Assembly (NCBI GenBank): GCA_963752595.1 | Contig: CAVVYZ010000015.1 | Coordinates: 128,001-192,000 of the forward strand | Source of the DNA: an uncultured delta proteobacterium | Lineage (GTDB): Bacteria; Desulfobacterota; Desulfomonilia; UBA1062 | Reading direction: 5' to 3' | Length of the DNA: 64,000 nucleotides | Shown: positions 42,531 through 52,707 of the stretch, one piece after another | Layout of the letters: the number at the start of each line of letters is the position of its first letter | How positions within the stretch are numbered: position 1 is the stretch's first letter | The notes under the pieces: model-generated | Seen by the model: only the letters and a program-made list of their open reading frames with translations | Database searches by the model: none | Told to the model about the DNA's origin: nothing | Made by a program: the position numbers and the translations under genes

Positions 42531-43700
42531 TTATAATTTGGTTAGAGCTTCTTTTATCCTGTCGATTCCATTTATTATGTTCTGCTCGGAAGTAGCGAAT
42601 GAGAGCCGTATGTGGTCCGCTGCTCCGAACTCTTCTCCGGGTACTACTGCTACCAGGGCATTTTCGAGAAGATAATTCGTGAGCCCGTTCGACCCGCCGA
42701 ACCGTTCCAAATACCCGGGTATGGAAGGAAAGGAATAAAAGGACCCCTGGGGAGGTATGATATCGAAACCGGGCACCCCTCTGAGCTTTGATACGATGAG
42801 GCCGCGTCGTTTCTCGAATATCTTCCTGCGCTCTTCCACGATTGCTTGGTCCGCTGTCAGAGATACATAGGCGCCTTTCTGGGCAAAGCTGGTGGGATTG
42901 GAAGTGCTCTGGCTCTGGAGCCTTGTCATTGCTTTGATGACCGCACTGTCTCCGATGCAGTACCCGATCCTCCAGCCTGTCATGGCGTAGGTCTTGGATG
43001 ATCCGTCGATGATGAAGGTCCTCTTGGCAACTTCAGGGGAGATCGTTGCCATGGAGAAGAATTCAATATCATCAAAGATGAGCTTCCGGTAGATGTCGTC
43101 GGAGATGATGACTATATCCTTCTCGACGCATAAAGAGGCAATCTTCTCGAGTTCTTTCCTCTCGAAAACCATGCCCGTAGGGTTGGATGGCGAGTTTATG
43201 ATAATGCCTCTGGTCCTGGAGGTTATGGCCTCCTTTACCATATCGGCGGTAAGGTGCATCCTGTTTTTCCGCGTATCGATAATCACGGCCTTGGCTCCGG
43301 TCATTTCGATCATCGGCGGATAGGAGACCCAATACGGGGCAGGACAGATGACCTCGTCTCCTCCCTCGAACAGCGTATAGAAGAGGTTGTAGAGGCTGTG
43401 CTTCGCACCGCAGGAGACTATGACGTTGTCGGGTGTAACCTTCAGGCCGTAATCCGAGAATACGTCGGCGCAAATTGCTTCCCTGAGCTGCGTGGTTCCT
43501 GCCACAGGCGTGTATTTCGTATCACCTTTCTGCAAGGCCTCGATGGCAGCGTTTTTTATATGGTCAGGCGTATCAAAGTCAGGCTCGCCGGCTCCGAAGC
43601 CGATGACATTCTTTCCAGAAGCCTTCAACGCATTGACCTTTGCCGTTATAGCCAGGGTAGGTGATGCGGGGATTTTTGCAACAACCTTTGAAATTTTCAT
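42531..43700 (-). CDS. Aspartate aminotransferase-type PLP enzyme (class I/II)
   Basis: GAGEPDF, GAK, PYWVSY, NSPSNPTG, DDIY, SKTYAMTGWRIG. Confidence 0.92.
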   Translation of the reverse strand: MKISKVVAKIPASPTLAITAKVNALKASGKNVIGFGAGEPDFDTPDHIKNAAIEALQKGDTKYTPVAGTTQLREAICADVFSDYGLKVTPDNVIVSCGAKHSLYNLFYTLFEGGDEVICPAPYWVSYPPMIEMTGAKAVIIDTRKNRMHLTADMVKEAITSRTRGIIINSPSNPTGMVFERKELEKIASLCVEKDIVIISDDIYRKLIFDDIEFFSMATISPEVAKRTFIIDGSSKTYAMTGWRIGYCIGDSAVIKAMTRLQSQSTSNPTSFAQKGAYVSLTADQAIVEERRKIFEKRRGLIVSKLRGVPGFDIIPPQGSFYSFPSIPGYLERFGGSNGLTNYLLENALVAVVPGEEFGAADHIRLSFATSEQNIINGIDRIKEALTKL

Positions 43701-43725
43701 CGTTAATTTTCCTCGCTCTTCGTTG

Positions 43726-44220
43726 TTAATGATTCATCCTGGGGAATTTTTCCCGGAGTTTATCGAGAACCGGATCGGGGACGAGCCCTTTTACCGATCC
43801 CCCTGCAGCAGATGTTGCCTTGATAATAGTAGAGCTCACGAAAAGATTGTTGTAATCGGTCATGAGAAAGAACGTTTCGATTTTGTTGCATAACCGCCTG
43901 TTCATGAGGGCAAGCTGCAACTCCATCTCAAAATCAGATATGACCCTCAGTCCCCTGAGGATTGCACATGCATCCACCTTCAGAATATACTCAACGAGGA
44001 GGCCTTCAAAGGTATCCACCCCGATCCTTGGATTGTCGCCCACCGATGCACTGATCATCTCGATCTTTTCTTCCGTGCTAAAGAGATCACTCTTGAGGGG
44101 GTTGTGACCGATGGCGATAATGACCTTGTCAAAGACGCATAAGCCCCGGTTGACGATATCCAAGTGGCCGTTCGTTATCGGATCGAACGATCCGGGACAG
44201 ACTGCGATCCTTTTTTTCAT
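43726..44220 (-). CDS. coaD: Phosphopantetheine adenylyltransferase
   Basis: PGSFDPITNGHLDI, RGLR..DFE.E, VSSTIIK. Confidence 0.95.
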   Translation of the reverse strand: MKKRIAVCPGSFDPITNGHLDIVNRGLCVFDKVIIAIGHNPLKSDLFSTEEKIEMISASVGDNPRIGVDTFEGLLVEYILKVDACAILRGLRVISDFEMELQLALMNRRLCNKIETFFLMTDYNNLFVSSTIIKATSAAGGSVKGLVPDPVLDKLREKFPRMNH

Positions 44221-44747
44221 GATTCATCCTTCATGCTGTATGTGATCATGGTATCGCCATATGTGCGGGTTTTCCAAGGCTTAATTGGAATGAACTCGTT
44301 GGGCGAGTGCTCGATTACCAGCACACCTCCAGTTTTAACAAATCTATATACATGAGGTGCCAATTCAGAGGCAAGTCCTTTATTATACGGAGGGTCCATA
44401 AAAATCACATCGTATGTGTCCCGGCATTTTTCCAGGAAGGTGCGGGCATCGGACCTGATGATTTTCGCCCGGTCGAAGGCCTGTAAAGTACTCAGGTTCT
44501 TTTCGATAATCCCGGTGCATACCTTTGATGCATCTACAAACGTGACCTCGGATGATCCTCTGCTCAGTGCCTCTATCCCGAGGTTGCCGCTGCCGGCGAA
44601 CAGATCCAGGACATGTGTCCCGGCAAGGTCAAAGGGTATTGTGGAAAAGACGGCCTGCTTCACCTTGTCGGTCGTGGGCCTCACCCCTTTGACGGGGCAT
44701 CCGATCTTCCTGGACCGGTAGATCCCTGAACATATTCGAATAGCCAT
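44217..44747 (-). CDS. rsmD: 16S rRNA m2G966 methyltransferase
   Basis: RPTTDKVK, LDLFAGSG.LGIEALSRG, DPPY; adjacent to coaD. Confidence 0.93.
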   Translation of the reverse strand: MAIRICSGIYRSRKIGCPVKGVRPTTDKVKQAVFSTIPFDLAGTHVLDLFAGSGNLGIEALSRGSSEVTFVDASKVCTGIIEKNLSTLQAFDRAKIIRSDARTFLEKCRDTYDVIFMDPPYNKGLASELAPHVYRFVKTGGVLVIEHSPNEFIPIKPWKTRTYGDTMITYSMKDES

Positions 44748-44820
44748 GACGATTGAAGATAGGGGATATTCCCCATGAGGTCAATATGGATCGGTTCAGC
44801 AGAGCGACTTTTTTTAAGCC

Positions 44821-45534
44821 TTAAGATTCTATCTCGCGGACAATCCTCTCCACCGCATCGACCGGGTCGGCCGAATGACTGATGGGCCTGCCGATGACCA
44901 TGAGATCAGCACCTGATTCTATCGCACTCTTCGGTGTGGCGATCCTCTTCTGATCCCCTGTCGCAGACCACTGAGGCCTGATGCCGGGGGTGATGATAAC
45001 GGTTTCCCGGGGCACCCTCGGGCGGACGAATGAGAGGTCTGCCGGTGAGCACACGATGCCGTCTATTCCCTGTCCACAAGCCAGTTCAACCAGGCCGCTC
45101 ACGTGATCCTTTATGGATCTCTCGACGCCCAGGCCGGGCAGATCTTCCTGGCTCAATGAGGTGAGCACGCTCACACCAATGATCCTGGGTCTGGAGATTC
45201 CTAAGGAGCCTGATTCTTCTTTCGCTGCATCCAGTGCTGCCCTGATCATTTCACGGCCCCCTGAGATATGGATGGTCATCATCTGAGCTTTGAGCCTTAC
45301 GGCTGACCGCACTGCCCCTGCCACGGTATTGGGGATATCATGGAATTTCAGGTCGAGGAAGCACTTGATACCCGAAGAAGTGATGAGTTCGACGACCTCC
45401 GGACCGGCTGCACTGAAAAGCTCAAGGCCTACCTTGAACCACCCCACATGGGAACCGAGCTTTTTGATCCAGGTTTGAGCCGATGCCATATCGCCCACAT
45501 CGAGGGCGAAGATTATCCGATCTTTTGCAACCAT
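44821..45534 (-). CDS. pyrF: Orotidine-5'-phosphate decarboxylase
   Basis: IFALD, KVGLEL, FLDLKFHDIPNTV, TPGIRP, DQKR, VIGRPI; start moved to 45534. Confidence 0.95.
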   Translation of the reverse strand: MVAKDRIIFALDVGDMASAQTWIKKLGSHVGWFKVGLELFSAAGPEVVELITSSGIKCFLDLKFHDIPNTVAGAVRSAVRLKAQMMTIHISGGREMIRAALDAAKEESGSLGISRPRIIGVSVLTSLSQEDLPGLGVERSIKDHVSGLVELACGQGIDGIVCSPADLSFVRPRVPRETVIITPGIRPQWSATGDQKRIATPKSAIESGADLMVIGRPISHSADPVDAVERIVREIES

Positions 45535-46109
45535 GGAATCCTTCCTATTATCTCCATCCGGGAGCACCGTGATGCACGGATGATGCTCTGAATGTCTTCA
45601 ACGGCCTTTTCCAGCCTATCGTTTACTACCAGAAAGTCGTACATGGTCCAGGATTTCAATTCTTCTTTTGCATTCGTGAGGCGTAAGTTCAGGCTCTGCT
45701 CCTCCTCCGTACCCCTTTTCCGTAACCTTTCACGGAGATCGTCCATGCTCGGAGGCACGATCATGATGAAGGATCCGGAAGGATCGACCTGCTTCGCCTG
45801 CCTCACTCCCTGAACATCGATGTCGAAGAGGATATGTATTCCTTGTTGCTCCTGCGATTCAATCCAGCGCAGGGAAGTCCCGTAGAGGTGGCCGTGTACC
45901 CTTGCCCATTCGAGGAACTCCCCCTTGGCCATCATCGACTCAAATTCCTGACGGGAAACGAAAAAATAATCTCTTCCGTGTACTTCCTGAGGCCTTGGAG
46001 AGCGTGTCGTATATGATACCGACAGGCAGAGATCCGGATTCATGTTCAGGACCTCTTTGATTATCGTGGACTTCCCCACCCCCGAAGGGCCGGATATGAA
46101 TATCCTCAC
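45513..46109 (-). CDS. gmk: Guanylate kinase
   Basis: [26 protein letters not shown]. Confidence 0.95.
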   Translation of the reverse strand: MRIFISGPSGVGKSTIIKEVLNMNPDLCLSVSYTTRSPRPQEVHGRDYFFVSRQEFESMMAKGEFLEWARVHGHLYGTSLRWIESQEQQGIHILFDIDVQGVRQAKQVDPSGSFIMIVPPSMDDLRERLRKRGTEEEQSLNLRLTNAKEELKSWTMYDFLVVNDRLEKAVEDIQSIIRASRCSRMEIIGRIPWLQKIG

Positions 46110-46390
46110 TCCTTCTCCTTGGGAACCTCTTTCCCTGAGCCTCCGTCAGAGAGCCTGTTTGATATGGTCTCGGCCTGGATTGCGCTCAAGATCACATGCG
46201 AGCTGTCCGTGATGATGATGGACCTCGTCTTTCTTCCCTGTGTAGCATCGATGAGCTGGCCCCTCTCCCTTGCTTCTTCCCTGAGACGCTTCATGGGTGA
46301 AGATGATGGATTTACGATTGCGATGATTCTTGAAGAAACGACTCCGTTATTAAAACCTATGTTCAATAATTTCGTGTCATGCTTGCCCAT
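46106..46390 (-). CDS. DUF370 / RemA family protein
   Basis: [37 protein letters not shown]; canonical yicC-DUF370-gmk order. Confidence 0.92.
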   Translation of the reverse strand: MGKHDTKLLNIGFNNGVVSSRIIAIVNPSSSPMKRLREEARERGQLIDATQGRKTRSIIITDSSHVILSAIQAETISNRLSDGGSGKEVPKEKE

Positions 46391-46424
46391 TAACCACTCC
46401 TTTCATTATGCTATTCTACATGAA

Positions 46425-47288
46425 TTATTCGATATTCTGAACCTGTTCCCGAATCTTTTCAACTTCTGCTTTTGCCTCGATGACCGTGTGGCTTAAATGC
46501 GTGATCTGGCTCTTTGATCCGATGGTGTTGAGCTCCCGGTTTATCTCCTGGAGGATGAAATCCAGGCGTCTTCCAATGGAGGGGTCGGGAACATCGATGA
46601 CCTCTGTGAAAGAGGTAATGTGGCTGCGCAGCCTGACGAGCTCTTCGGTAATATCCGATCGGTCGGCGATCATGGCCACTTCCTGCTCGATGCGGGATGA
46701 ATCGATCATGTCCGTCTTGCCGTCGAGCAACTCATTCAGACGAGACGTAAGCCTTTCCCGATAAAAATCGAACATGCCCTTTACCGAGCTTTCCATCTTT
46801 TCACGTAAGACGGAGAGGAATTCCAGGCGCGAGCACATGTCTGATTTCAGCCTTTTCCCTTCCTCCTGTTTTGAGGCCAGAAACGATTCCAGCGCCTTTC
46901 CTATGCCGGCTTTCAGCAGGGGCCATTGCTCTTCGGTATTCTGAATGCTTTCGGCCATGACTCCGGGGAGCGCAATGATATCCCGGAAGGTAATTTCTCC
47001 GCCGTAGAGCTGAGTCATCTCGGTCAGGTCCGAAAAATACACCTTGGCGAGATCCCGGTTGATAGAAGGCCTGTCCTGGATATCAGACGAGGCATTCCTC
47101 GATATGTTTACCTCGACCTTTCCCCTGGCAACTGCTTCATTGACGAGATCACGTGCAGGTATCTCGTAAGCGGATAGGTCTTTCGGGAGACGTACCCGAA
47201 TATCGCGGTACCGGTGATTCACTCCCTTTATCTCGATATGATATCCGTTTTCATCGGCTTGGCCGAATCCTGTCATACTCCGCGGCAT
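46425..47288 (-). CDS. yicC: YicC/YloC family endoribonuclease
   Basis: SMTGFG, VNHRY, DITEELVRL.SH, GRRLDFILQEINRELNTIGSK, REQVQNIE. Confidence 0.95.
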   Translation of the reverse strand: MPRSMTGFGQADENGYHIEIKGVNHRYRDIRVRLPKDLSAYEIPARDLVNEAVARGKVEVNISRNASSDIQDRPSINRDLAKVYFSDLTEMTQLYGGEITFRDIIALPGVMAESIQNTEEQWPLLKAGIGKALESFLASKQEEGKRLKSDMCSRLEFLSVLREKMESSVKGMFDFYRERLTSRLNELLDGKTDMIDSSRIEQEVAMIADRSDITEELVRLRSHITSFTEVIDVPDPSIGRRLDFILQEINRELNTIGSKSQITHLSHTVIEAKAEVEKIREQVQNIE

Positions 47289-47806
47289 CTCGATCTCTCC
47301 TTATATAAACCTCTTAAGTGATTGAACATTCCAGTCAGTTCATAGGAAGCGTAATCAGGATATGTCCAGGGAAGGGCCTGGTAGGAGTCCTTCTGGTACA
47401 TCAGGGTAACCTCGGCCCAGATGCCTTTATCAAGGTATATTCGATGGCTGTAGGGCTTCGTGGTGGCAAGGCAGACATTTTCAAGACTCAGTATTCCGGG
47501 ATCGATGTTCACGCTTCTGTGGCCGCTTGTCATGAGTTTTTCTTCGATTTCATTCGTCAGGTTCTTCACATCGGGAAGAGAACTCCTTGGCACGAGGTTT
47601 TCGAAAGCCATGAGTATGCGGTGAAGGGGGGAGCCCATTTCTTTTTCATAATACGAAGTGTACGTGAAAGGGAAGGGTTGAGAATCGTAAGAAGCTTTGC
47701 CGTACGCTTCCTTAAGCTCTGCAACAGCCTTACCTGCAGAGTCGGCGGAGTTATAGAGGATGCTGCAGAAAAGCATGACCTCATGTGGGACTGCCGGGCT
47801 ACCCAC
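47273..47806 (-). CDS. DUF4416 family protein
   Basis: YYEKEMG, R.VNIDPG, LATTK.YSHRIYL, PWTYPDY; start moved to GTG 47806. Confidence 0.82.
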   Translation of the reverse strand: MGSPAVPHEVMLFCSILYNSADSAGKAVAELKEAYGKASYDSQPFPFTYTSYYEKEMGSPLHRILMAFENLVPRSSLPDVKNLTNEIEEKLMTSGHRSVNIDPGILSLENVCLATTKPYSHRIYLDKGIWAEVTLMYQKDSYQALPWTYPDYASYELTGMFNHLRGLYKERSRCRGV

Positions 47807-48797
47807 CGACTTCCTCCCTGCAGATCCGGTGCAGTCTCTCCCACGGGACGCTGGCGGCACCCACTTCGGCAACCACAAGTCCTGCAGCCGTGTTTGCAAT
47901 AAGAGCGGCTTCTCTGGGCATGGCGCCGGACACAAGGGCAAGGGTGAAACAGGCGATTACCGTATCTCCGGCCCCGGTAACATCGTATACGGCCCTGGCC
48001 ATGGCAGGAATATCGACGATACCGTTATCCCCGTCAAAAAGACTCATCCCGTGTTCTCCGCGGGTTACGAGCAGAGTTTCGCACGCCAGGGAGGATTTAA
48101 TCTTGTGCGCTGCCTGGATGAGATCCTGGTATGTTTCTATCTTTATGCCGGCTCCGAAGCTCAGCTCTTTTGTATTGGGAGTTATGAGATTGACATTCCG
48201 GTAGAAGGGGAAGTTCCTTTCCTTCGGGTCGACACAGACGAGCACGCCTTTACCTTTGGTGATATTCACCACATCTTCGATGAGCTCTCTGCTGACCACT
48301 CCCTTTGCGTAATCTGATATGATGACGGCATCGATTGAACTGGAAGCGTCACGAACTGCATCAACGATCCTCTTTCTGAGCTCGTCTGAAATAATGGACC
48401 GATTCTCCCTGTCAAGCCTGGCGACCTGCTGTGTATGAGCGATGATCCGGGTCTTTACAATGGTGCCTTTCCCGGAATCGGTAAGGATCCTGTCTACGGG
48501 GATTCCGTTTTCTTTGAGTATCTGAAGAAGGGTATCACCCTGCGGGTCGTTTCCCTTTACGCTGCTCATGATTACGGATGCCCCGAGGCTCAGGAGGTTG
48601 TTCGCCACGTTCCCTGCGCCGCCGAGCTTGAATTTTTCCTCCTGCACATCGACGACCGGAACCGGAGCTTCAGGCGATATCCGCTCGACGTTGCCCCAGA
48701 TATAATGGTCAAGCATGAGATCGCCGATGACCATGATGGTCTTGGACTTCATGCCCTCGAAAATGGATTCCAGCTTCCCATGCCCGATCTTCAACAT
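47799..48797 (-). CDS. rfaE1: D-glycero-beta-D-manno-heptose-7-phosphate kinase
   Basis: GDLMLD.Y.WG.VERISPEAPVPV, GGAGNVA, SDYAKG, TPN, DVTGAGDT. Confidence 0.93.
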   Translation of the reverse strand: MLKIGHGKLESIFEGMKSKTIMVIGDLMLDHYIWGNVERISPEAPVPVVDVQEEKFKLGGAGNVANNLLSLGASVIMSSVKGNDPQGDTLLQILKENGIPVDRILTDSGKGTIVKTRIIAHTQQVARLDRENRSIISDELRKRIVDAVRDASSSIDAVIISDYAKGVVSRELIEDVVNITKGKGVLVCVDPKERNFPFYRNVNLITPNTKELSFGAGIKIETYQDLIQAAHKIKSSLACETLLVTRGEHGMSLFDGDNGIVDIPAMARAVYDVTGAGDTVIACFTLALVSGAMPREAALIANTAAGLVVAEVGAASVPWERLHRICREEVGG

Positions 48798-48821
48798 GAT
48801 ATCACTATGAGAAAATTAAAA

Positions 48822-50021
48822 TTAATTGTCAAGAAAAAGAGCATTTACGAAAAATTGCGCATTGAATGTCTGGAGATCATCCATATCCTCTCCGATACCG
48901 ATATATCGGATGGGAATCTCAAATTCATTGGCAATCCCCACGATAACTCCGCCCTTGGAAGACCCGTCGAGCTTGGTTATGGCGATGCCGGTCACTCCAA
49001 GGACATTGTTGAACTGCCTTGTCTGCTCTATCGCATTCTGGCCGATTGTTGCGTCAAGAACCAGGAGGATCTCGTGGGGTGTACCCTCGAATTTCTTGTC
49101 AAGCACGCGCTTGGTCTTTTTGAGTTCTTCCATGAGGTTCTCTTTGGTATGGAGCCTTCCTGCGGTGTCAATGATCAGAACGTCGTGCCCCCGGGAGATT
49201 GCAGCCTGGAGTCCGTCAAAGGCTACCGAAGAGGGATCGGCCCCTTCGTGGGATTTGATGAAATCGGCACCCGCCCGCAGCGCCCAATGCTCGAGCTGTT
49301 CAATGGCTGCAGCCCTGAAGGTGTCTCCTGATGCGATGATCACTGATTTACCTTCGCTTTTCAGACGGTGGGCGATCTTTGCAATGGTGGTCGTCTTGCC
49401 TGATCCGTTCACCCCGGTAACCATGATGACAAAAGGTTTGATGCCCTCGGGAATCAGAAGAGGGCTCTCGCGTTTTTTGAGAATGTCTCCGATCTCTGCT
49501 TTGATGGCGCCCATGGCCTGTTCCGGGTCCGTGACTGTGCCGGCATTCTTCTGGACATACTCAAAGATAGTATATGCGGTCCTTACACCGATGTCCGTCC
49601 CCACGAGGGTCTCTTCCAGCTCGGTAAGGAGGTTCGCATCAAAGGTTTTCGAGCGCCTGAATACCGATGATATCCTTTCGACAAAACCTTTGTGTGTTTT
49701 TGAGAGCCCTTTTTCCAGCTTTTCCTTGGGAGAGGGCAGGGGCTTCTTTTCTGGTTTGGGGAGCGCCTCCCTCGTTGGAGGGGCTTCAATTTCTTCAGTG
49801 GAGGGCGCTTCTTCGATTCTCCTAGGTGCTCTTGGGTGGATACCCGGGATGGGGATGGCCCATGCATTACATATGATCGCTATCACGAGATAGATCCATG
49901 AGGGCACGTCGACCGGCTCAGGGAAAGGGAGCGCATTCCCGGTATCGGCGACATAAAGGTAGAAGAAGAGATAACTTATCAAATAGATAAGGTAATCGTA
50001 TGAACGAAAGCGGTACTTCAC
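48822..50021 (-). CDS. ftsY: Signal recognition particle receptor with a hydrophobic N-terminal extension
   Basis: GVNGSGKTTT, DTFRAAA, DTAGRL, TKLDG, GIGE..DL; GTG start after AAGGAGG. Confidence 0.95.
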   Translation of the reverse strand: MKYRFRSYDYLIYLISYLFFYLYVADTGNALPFPEPVDVPSWIYLVIAIICNAWAIPIPGIHPRAPRRIEEAPSTEEIEAPPTREALPKPEKKPLPSPKEKLEKGLSKTHKGFVERISSVFRRSKTFDANLLTELEETLVGTDIGVRTAYTIFEYVQKNAGTVTDPEQAMGAIKAEIGDILKKRESPLLIPEGIKPFVIMVTGVNGSGKTTTIAKIAHRLKSEGKSVIIASGDTFRAAAIEQLEHWALRAGADFIKSHEGADPSSVAFDGLQAAISRGHDVLIIDTAGRLHTKENLMEELKKTKRVLDKKFEGTPHEILLVLDATIGQNAIEQTRQFNNVLGVTGIAITKLDGSSKGGVIVGIANEFEIPIRYIGIGEDMDDLQTFNAQFFVNALFLDN

Positions 50022-50223
50022 CTTATTCCTCCTTGAGTTCCGTGTGACTGGTATCTCCTATCACAGGCATCCCGAAAGAACAAGGTCGAGCGTAGGAGAA
50101 CCGTATTGTTTTTCGTGCTTAACAGTCGTTACCGGGTACCATTAATATATATAAAGAGGATAAAGTGCACCTGAAGAAAATCCCTTGACATATTTAAGAG
50201 ATCAATGTACTTCAATAATAAAG

Positions 50224-50242
50224 CTTAAAGTTCAACTTTAAG
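50224..50242. promoter_or_regulatory. Palindromic operator candidate, site 1 of 3
   Basis: CTTAAAGTT-C-AACTTTAAG, downstream of TTGACA (50185). Confidence 0.65.
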
Positions 50243-50277
50243 TTGATATGAAACAAATCATAATCCGGGAGGAACCC

Positions 50278-51270
50278 ATGATCAAGACGGCAATCACTGA
50301 AATGTTCGGAATCAAATATCCAGTTATCTGCGGAGCCATGATGTGGTTATGCAAGCCGAAGCTCTGCGCTGCCATATCCAACGCAGGAGGGATGGGAAAC
50401 CTTACTGCCGGGAACTACGAGACGGAAGAAGAGTTCAGGAACGCAATCCGGGAAGTGAAGAGCCTCACGGACAAGCCTTTCATGATAGGCCTCACCTTGC
50501 TGCCCTCTGTACGGATAACCGGAGAACACCATAAGATGTACGCCAGGGTTTGCGCAGAGGAAAAGGTGGCAGGTATCGAGGTTTCCGGCACGCCCCTTGA
50601 CAAGGCTGTCGGCAAAGAAGGGGTAGCCATGCTCAAGGAAGCCGGCATAAAGCTTTTCCACAAGGTAGGATCGGTCCGCCATGCAATGCACGCCAAGAAG
50701 GCCGGGTATGACGGGGTGTACGCCGCTGGCTTTGAAGAGGGAGGACATCCTCTGGATGATGATGTAACGACCATGGTACTTACCCCGAGGATCGCCGACT
50801 CTGTCGATATTCCCGTTGTCACGGTAGGTGGTATCGCTGATGGAAGGTCTCTGGCTGCAGCCCTGACCCTGGGAGCACAAGGTGTTATGATGGCAAGCAG
50901 GTTTATTGCTACCAAAGAATGTGAAGTTCATGAAAATATCAAAAAAGAAATTATCAACCGCCAGGAATTCGAGACAACCATGATCTGCAAAACAATCGGA
51001 CTCCAGGGCAGGGCTTTGAAGAATAAGGTGATATCGGATGTTCTGGAAGTCGAAAAAAAGGGAGGAGGCCTGGACCAGCTGATTCCATTGATCTCGGGTC
51101 AGCGGATAAAAGATGCATGGGAACAAGGGTTGGTCGATAATGCTCCGCTGATGGTAGGCCAGTCCATAGGCCATATCCGTGAAGTCATAAGCTGCAAGGA
51201 ACTCCTTGAAAAAATGCAGGACGATGCAGTTACGCATCTGAAAAAGGCAATGAACCTGGTGCAGCAGTAA
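50278..51270 (+). CDS. Nitronate monooxygenase / FabK-like flavoenzyme
   Basis: FGIKYPVICGAM, SNAGG.G, GFEEGGH, GGIADGRSLAAAL.LGA.GV; start moved to 50278. Confidence 0.88.
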   Translation: MIKTAITEMFGIKYPVICGAMMWLCKPKLCAAISNAGGMGNLTAGNYETEEEFRNAIREVKSLTDKPFMIGLTLLPSVRITGEHHKMYARVCAEEKVAGIEVSGTPLDKAVGKEGVAMLKEAGIKLFHKVGSVRHAMHAKKAGYDGVYAAGFEEGGHPLDDDVTTMVLTPRIADSVDIPVVTVGGIADGRSLAAALTLGAQGVMMASRFIATKECEVHENIKKEIINRQEFETTMICKTIGLQGRALKNKVISDVLEVEKKGGGLDQLIPLISGQRIKDAWEQGLVDNAPLMVGQSIGHIREVISCKELLEKMQDDAVTHLKKAMNLVQQ

Positions 51271-51372
51271 TAAATCCATACCTTCGGGGCGCCGGCTGAT
51301 GCTCAGAGAGGCCGGTGCCCCCAGCCCCCCACCATCTGCTTACTCATTTAAACGATTGCATTAATGGCAAGA

Positions 51373-51403
51373 AAAAGGGCGGCTTGTTTCAAGCCGCCCT
51401 TTT
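51373..51403. terminator. Bidirectional intrinsic terminator
   Basis: AAAAGGGCGGCTTG-TTT-CAAGCCGCCCTTTT, a perfect inverted repeat between convergent genes. Confidence 0.88.
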
Positions 51404-51434
51404 CGTATCTCTGGAGAGAAAATGGTGCTTTTCG

Positions 51435-52577
51435 CTACCCTTTAGCAGCCGGAAATGCCTTTTTTGTTGATTTCGCTTTCGGCTTCGGAGCTGATTTGGG
51501 TTTCTCTGCTTTTGGTGCTGCAGGCTTTCCTGGATTTGCATTGCCGGCTAGCTTTTGTGCGATTTCTTCTGCTTCTCTGACGGTCCTTTCGAGGACTTCT
51601 GCTACGGTCGGATTATCTTTAATGAGACCTGTAGACTGTCCTACAGGCAGGACACCCTGCGTTAAATCGCCATATTCCGTTGCGACCCGGATGGCTTTGA
51701 AGGCGTTAGCCATAAAGGCAAGCTGTTTTGCATTTTTCCAGCCGGAAGCCATGACTCCGATGAAGAGCTTGAAATAGGGGAGGTGCAGCTGGCGGGCGAT
51801 ATCCATAGAGTTCGGAAGCGCCTCGACCAATTTTTTCAGATTCAGGCTTTCACGGATTGCCTTCCGTGCAGCCTTGGTATCAAGTACTCTGCATCCCAGC
51901 CCATCAAAACGTGTTGAATAGACCGTGTCATAGACATCCTTTTCAATGGATAGGTTCTTGTAAGTTTCATGGAGCGGGCTTTCCTGTGTCGTCATCAGGC
52001 GTGTCCCCATGGCAACACCGTCAGCACCGAGTGCGAGCGCTGCTGCCAGGCCCCTTCCATCGGCAATGCCGCCGGCGGCAATAATTGGAATATCCACTAC
52101 CGAGGCGATACTCGGAATCAGGCAGAACGTAGTCGCATCACCTCCGTGTGCAGCAGCCTCGTGGCCGGTCACCAGGAGGCCGTCACATCCGTAATCCTGT
52201 GCCCTCTTTGCATGCTTGTGATTGACCACGGTTGCGATGACCTTTCCCCCATACTCATGAGCGGCTTTCACGATCCAGTCACCCTTGCCCAGCGAGAAAT
52301 TGATTACCGGAACTTTCTCGTCAAGCGCTACCTGCGCATTATCGGAAGCACCCGGAAAGAGAAGGGTTGCATTCGTTCCAAAGGGTTTATTGGTAAGACT
52401 CTTGATTTCTTTGATGGCTTTCCTCGTCTGATCCGCATCGAGGGGTCCTGTGGCTAGTATGCCGAGCCCGCCGGCATTGGAGACGGCTGCCACCATCTTC
52501 GGCACGCTGATCCAGCTCATGCCGGACAGTACGATGGGATGCTGGATGCCCAACATTTCAGTAATCCGTGTTTTCAT
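51435..52577 (-). CDS. Nitronate monooxygenase / FabK-like flavoenzyme with a Lys/Ala/Pro-rich tail
   Basis: LGIQHPIVLSGM, SNAGGLG, GHEAAAHGG, GGIADGRGLAAALALGADGV.MGTR. Confidence 0.88.
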   Translation of the reverse strand: MKTRITEMLGIQHPIVLSGMSWISVPKMVAAVSNAGGLGILATGPLDADQTRKAIKEIKSLTNKPFGTNATLLFPGASDNAQVALDEKVPVINFSLGKGDWIVKAAHEYGGKVIATVVNHKHAKRAQDYGCDGLLVTGHEAAAHGGDATTFCLIPSIASVVDIPIIAAGGIADGRGLAAALALGADGVAMGTRLMTTQESPLHETYKNLSIEKDVYDTVYSTRFDGLGCRVLDTKAARKAIRESLNLKKLVEALPNSMDIARQLHLPYFKLFIGVMASGWKNAKQLAFMANAFKAIRVATEYGDLTQGVLPVGQSTGLIKDNPTVAEVLERTVREAEEIAQKLAGNANPGKPAAPKAEKPKSAPKPKAKSTKKAFPAAKG

Positions 52578-52648
52578 ACCTGACTCCTTTTCGGATTGTG
52601 GTTGCTTTCATGGTCTATTCCCCAAAAAGCCCTTTGAGTAATGTAAAG

Positions 52649-52698
52649 ATTAAAGTTAAACTACAAGGTTGTATATGTGAATAGGCCTAAGTTGTCAA
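52649..52698 (-). promoter_or_regulatory. Promoter plus operator candidate, site 2 of 3
   Basis: Minus-strand TTGACA-N17-TATACA; site ATTAAAGTTAAACTACAAG (52649-52667) matches site 1 at 15/19. Confidence 0.6.
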
Positions 52699-52707
52699 GG
52701 GATGATT

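Noticed and set aside
44821-47288. yicC-DUF370-gmk followed by pyrF instead of rpoZ
   Set aside because: Ordinary gene-order variation; I recall gmk-pyrF adjacency in other deltaproteobacteria.
50022-50180. SRP RNA near ftsY
   Set aside because: No conserved SRP domain IV motif (CAGG..GGAA..AGCAG) found.
48826-51279. Long antisense ORFs (e.g. 48826-49893 +, 50347-51279 -, also 23089-24063 -)
   Set aside because: They are shadows of well-supported genes on the opposite strand.
51435-51550. Lys/Ala/Pro-rich tail of the second NMO-like protein as a histone-like domain
   Set aside because: It is a short low-complexity tail of about 30 aa with no evidence of function.
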